Below the pieces are notes generated by a model. That model was not told where the DNA came from. It was given only the letters and a program-made list of their open reading frames with translations, and made no database searches. The position numbers and the translations under genes were made by a program. 64,000 nucleotides of DNA from positions 32,001-96,000 of IMG/VR virus record IMGVR_UViG_3300036762_000065; one strand, 5' to 3'. Each line of letters begins with the position of its first letter. Within the stretch, counting starts at the first letter, position 1. The stretch is from a virus. Taxonomy: Duplodnaviria; Caudoviricetes. Positions 61,303 to 64,000 of the stretch are shown here, in pieces.

Positions 61303-62771
61303 AATTTAGACCTCTTTCAAAAACAGTAGTTACTGAAATACGAAGTTTTGTTGTAGACTCTGTTTCTAAAATAGGTCTGTATAGACAAACTGTATCTGCT
61401 CCTATAGATTTAGCAAAACCGCTAGACGACAAAGATTTCAATATAAGTGCAACGGAGTTTCTTGATATTCAAGATGCCAGTGTACTACTAGCAATAAGTT
61501 GTCCGGAACCTATCCGTGCTATATTTACCGGCTCAGGTCCTGTTGTAATAACACCTCCTGTAGTTACCCCTATACAATACCACACAGCTACACTCACTAC
61601 AGAAAGTTTTGTTGAAGCAGGTAACCCTATTTCTGTAACAATATCTGATGTGGACCTAGAGCAAGTTGTCTCTTCTATCGGTGCTGTTGTTTATAACACA
61701 GATTCAGGCGAAACTGAGCATGTGGAGTGCTTTAGGCAAATAGACGGCACTTACACAGGCACACTAGACACAGTTAACAGTAGTGTTGTCGGCACAAACT
61801 TCGATAATTCTATGAGTTGTGTTTTAGGCCAAACGTTACATGTTATATATAGCGACCCGAAGAGTAGTGCAGGCGTAAGAGAGAACGTAACTAATATTGT
61901 TACTGTTCTAAGCCCTACAGAAACCGCAGTAATAGAAACAAGGGATTTCGTATCTATATCAAAACCTGTGCCTATCACTATACACGATAAAGACGCAACA
62001 TCACCGACTATACCTATATCTGTTCGCAATCTTATTACAGGTGAGCAAGAGATTTTGAACGCTTCGCTTATGGAAGCAGGAAAGTATACCGTAAGTTGTG
62101 CTACAAAAGTGTATAACGGAATATCGTTCGACAGTGTTGACGGTGCTCTTGGTGTTCTAATAGGTCATCAGATACAAATAGATTATACTGACACTAGAGA
62201 CATAAACAACTCTACTTCGGTTGTAAGTAAAATAGTTGATATTGTTGGAACTGTTACAGAGGTAGGTTCAATTGATGTGGCAACCACAGTAACCATTGAT
62301 ACTGCTCTTATGTTGACTATAAACGACTACGATCTTGTAGGACAACAGTTGAGCGTTACTGTAAGTAATATAGCCAGCGGCGAGTACGAGATAGTTACAC
62401 TTAATGAGACTGTATTCGGTAGTGGTGTGTTTAAAGGTAACTTGCCTGTAACAACACAAACTTCAGGAGCTAACTCAGACGGTGCTTTACTGGCAGCGGT
62501 AGGCAATAGACTACGTGTTGTGTACGTGGATGTCGGAGGTTCACTAACGACTGTGGAGAAGTTTGTAGACGTTGTTGATGTGGTTATTCCTGATGATCCT
62601 ACCCCGACTCCTGATCCTACCCCGACTCCTGAGCCGGAAACCGTAGAAGCTACAGGCACTATTGAGTTTTTAATAAACGGCTCGTTCTTCTTGAACGGCA
62701 CGTTCAACGGTACTATCCGCCTAGTAGGTTTAAATCAAGAACCAACACGTTGTAAGGTGATCTTGTCATAG
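61299..62771 (+). CDS. Virion surface protein with three inserted beta-sandwich repeats and Pro/Thr linkers
   Basis: Three (I/V)TIxDxD...GExE...G.Y/F...D..L/M...G..L/I.V/I.Y.D repeats; linkers PVVITPPVVTP and PDPTPTP. Confidence 0.65.
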   Translation: MKFRPLSKTVVTEIRSFVVDSVSKIGLYRQTVSAPIDLAKPLDDKDFNISATEFLDIQDASVLLAISCPEPIRAIFTGSGPVVITPPVVTPIQYHTATLTTESFVEAGNPISVTISDVDLEQVVSSIGAVVYNTDSGETEHVECFRQIDGTYTGTLDTVNSSVVGTNFDNSMSCVLGQTLHVIYSDPKSSAGVRENVTNIVTVLSPTETAVIETRDFVSISKPVPITIHDKDATSPTIPISVRNLITGEQEILNASLMEAGKYTVSCATKVYNGISFDSVDGALGVLIGHQIQIDYTDTRDINNSTSVVSKIVDIVGTVTEVGSIDVATTVTIDTALMLTINDYDLVGQQLSVTVSNIASGEYEIVTLNETVFGSGVFKGNLPVTTQTSGANSDGALLAAVGNRLRVVYVDVGGSLTTVEKFVDVVDVVIPDDPTPTPDPTPTPEPETVEATGTIEFLINGSFFLNGTFNGTIRLVGLNQEPTRCKVILS

Positions 62772-62780
62772 GATAATGTT

Positions 62781-64000
62781 ATGATTAAAATATGGATTTC
62801 TCTGTCAAAAAACATCTACAACCAAGATGAGATAGGCCAACAAATAACTGACTTACAAGCAAGGACTACCAACCAACGTGTTAAAACATGGTTGAAGAGC
62901 AATCTTCGCAAGTATCTTTTAAATGAGTACGAACACACAAAACCTGTCCGTCGTGGAAAAGCAAACGATCCTGAATGGGTAAATAGTGCTATCCAAAAGA
63001 AAGACCTGTTTAAGATTGACTTTAAGTCGCGTCAATGGTCTGCCTTCCGTATGGACCTAGAGCACGCCATTTCTTATCTTGAAACAGTACGTGACCCATC
63101 ACGAGTATCAGTACCTCTTGCTATCAAAGGAGGCGTTGACTTACTCGAACAGGAAAATAAAAAAGCCTCTTCCGATGAAGACCTAGAAGGAATAGAAGTA
63201 CTCCATAAGTTTCCTGATGGTTATACCTTTGTTAATGTTGTTTCCAAACAAGCACTACAGCGAGAAGGAAAGTTGATGCAACATTGTGTAGGCCAAGAAC
63301 AACAAGCATACATAAGAAATGTAGCCAAAGGAACATTACAAATATGGAGTTTAAGAGACAAGAGTAATAATCCGCACTGTACTATAGAATACATACCTAA
63401 GACAAAGAAAATAAATCAGATTAAAGGGAAGCAGAATAACGGCGTAGTTAGCAAGTACGTTCCTTACGTTAAAAAAGTCTTGGAAATAGCTAAGAAAAAG
63501 AAGATGGTAACTGAAATAGAAGACCTTATTAATATAGGTATGGTTGAAGTTGAAGGCAATTGGTATGATATACATAACCTACCTCCTGGTTTAAAAGTAG
63601 AAGGTGATTTAGATTTAGAAGACTTACAAATTAAAGTATTACCGGAAGACTTGGAAGTAGGTGGTAGTTTAAATTTAGCAGGTACACAAATTACATCCTT
63701 ACCTGAAGACTTAAAAGTAGAAGGTGATTTAGATTTATCAGATTCAAAAATTACAGTCTTACCGGAAGACTTGGAAGTAGGTGGTAGTTTAGTCTTAAGA
63801 AATACACAAATTACATCCTTACCTAAAGGTTTAAAAGTAGGTGGTAATTTAGTCTTAAGAAATACACAAATTACATCCTTACCTGAAGGTTTAAATGTAG
63901 GTGGTAATTTAGATTTATCAGATTCAAAAATTACAGTCTTACCTAAAGGCTTAAATGTAGGTGGTAATTTAGATTTATCAGATTCAAGTATTACATCCTT
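62781..64000 (+). CDS. PcfJ-like domain protein with 20-aa leucine-rich repeats (3'-truncated; absent from the ORF track)
   Basis: Translated by hand: MIKIWISLS...ALQREGKLMQHCVG...WSLRDKSNNPHCTIEY...QIKGKQN, then LPEDLEVGGSLNLAGTQITS-type repeats; no stop before the window end. Confidence 0.85.
   Translation, partial: MIKIWISLSKNIYNQDEIGQQITDLQARTTNQRVKTWLKSNLRKYLLNEYEHTKPVRRGKANDPEWVNSAIQKKDLFKIDFKSRQWSAFRMDLEHAISYLETVRDPSRVSVPLAIKGGVDLLEQENKKASSDEDLEGIEVLHKFPDGYTFVNVVSKQALQREGKLMQHCVGQEQQAYIRNVAKGTLQIWSLRDKSNNPHCTIEYIPKTKKINQIKGKQNNGVVSKYVPYVKKVLEIAKKKKMVTEIEDLINIGMVEVEGNWYDIHNLPPGLKVEGDLDLEDLQIKVLPEDLEVGGSLNLAGTQITSLPEDLKVEGDLDLSDSKITVLPEDLEVGGSLVLRNTQITSLPKGLKVGGNLVLRNTQITSLPEGLNVGGNLDLSDSKITVLPKGLNVGGNLDLSDSSITS
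63579..64000 (+). repeat. 60-nt tandem repeats (~7 copies) encoding LRR-like units
   Basis: TTACC(T/G)...AAGTAG(G/A)(T/A)GGT...TTTAG recurs every 60 nt. Confidence 0.9.

Noticed and set aside
63579-64000. CRISPR-like 60-nt periodicity
   Set aside because: The whole unit is repeated and encodes in-frame LRRs; no spacers.

Overview
This window is a 64-kb segment of a large lytic myovirus (jumbo phage). All credible genes are on the + strand and read cleanly with the standard code. It holds three modules. Replication: UDG-fused family A DNA polymerase, probable sliding clamp, giant SNF2 helicase, SF2 helicase, NAD-dependent ligase, NrdJb, guanylate-kinase-like protein. Tail: sheath, a ~2880-aa fibre with 26 Ig-like repeats, a discoidin/propeller fibre. 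Head: prohead protease, Zn-ribbon acidic scaffold, decoration protein, major capsid protein. From memory the gene set resembles the RSL1/Lu11/PaBG/Y3/JA11-type jumbo phages; this was not checked by search. Main signals: (1) an SF2 helicase fractured inside its DECH motif by a naturally split intein, with a free-standing endonuclease gene between the halves (23057-26831); (2) a -1 ribosomal frameshift cassette (G GGA AAG TAA plus GC hairpin, 2655-2703) that would fuse ORF 1306 to a DarA_C-like polyvalent module, outside the usual tail-chaperone context; (3) a shared N-terminal peptide (MKIQISLS-like) and S/A-x-S motifs on many unrelated proteins, suggesting a capsid-targeting and maturation code for injected cargo; (4) host-derived half-proteins (HDOD, substrate-binding lobe, NrdJb), two recurring promoter-like motifs, and a structured non-coding region before the head operon. 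All family assignments come from recognising motifs by eye; no database searches were run.
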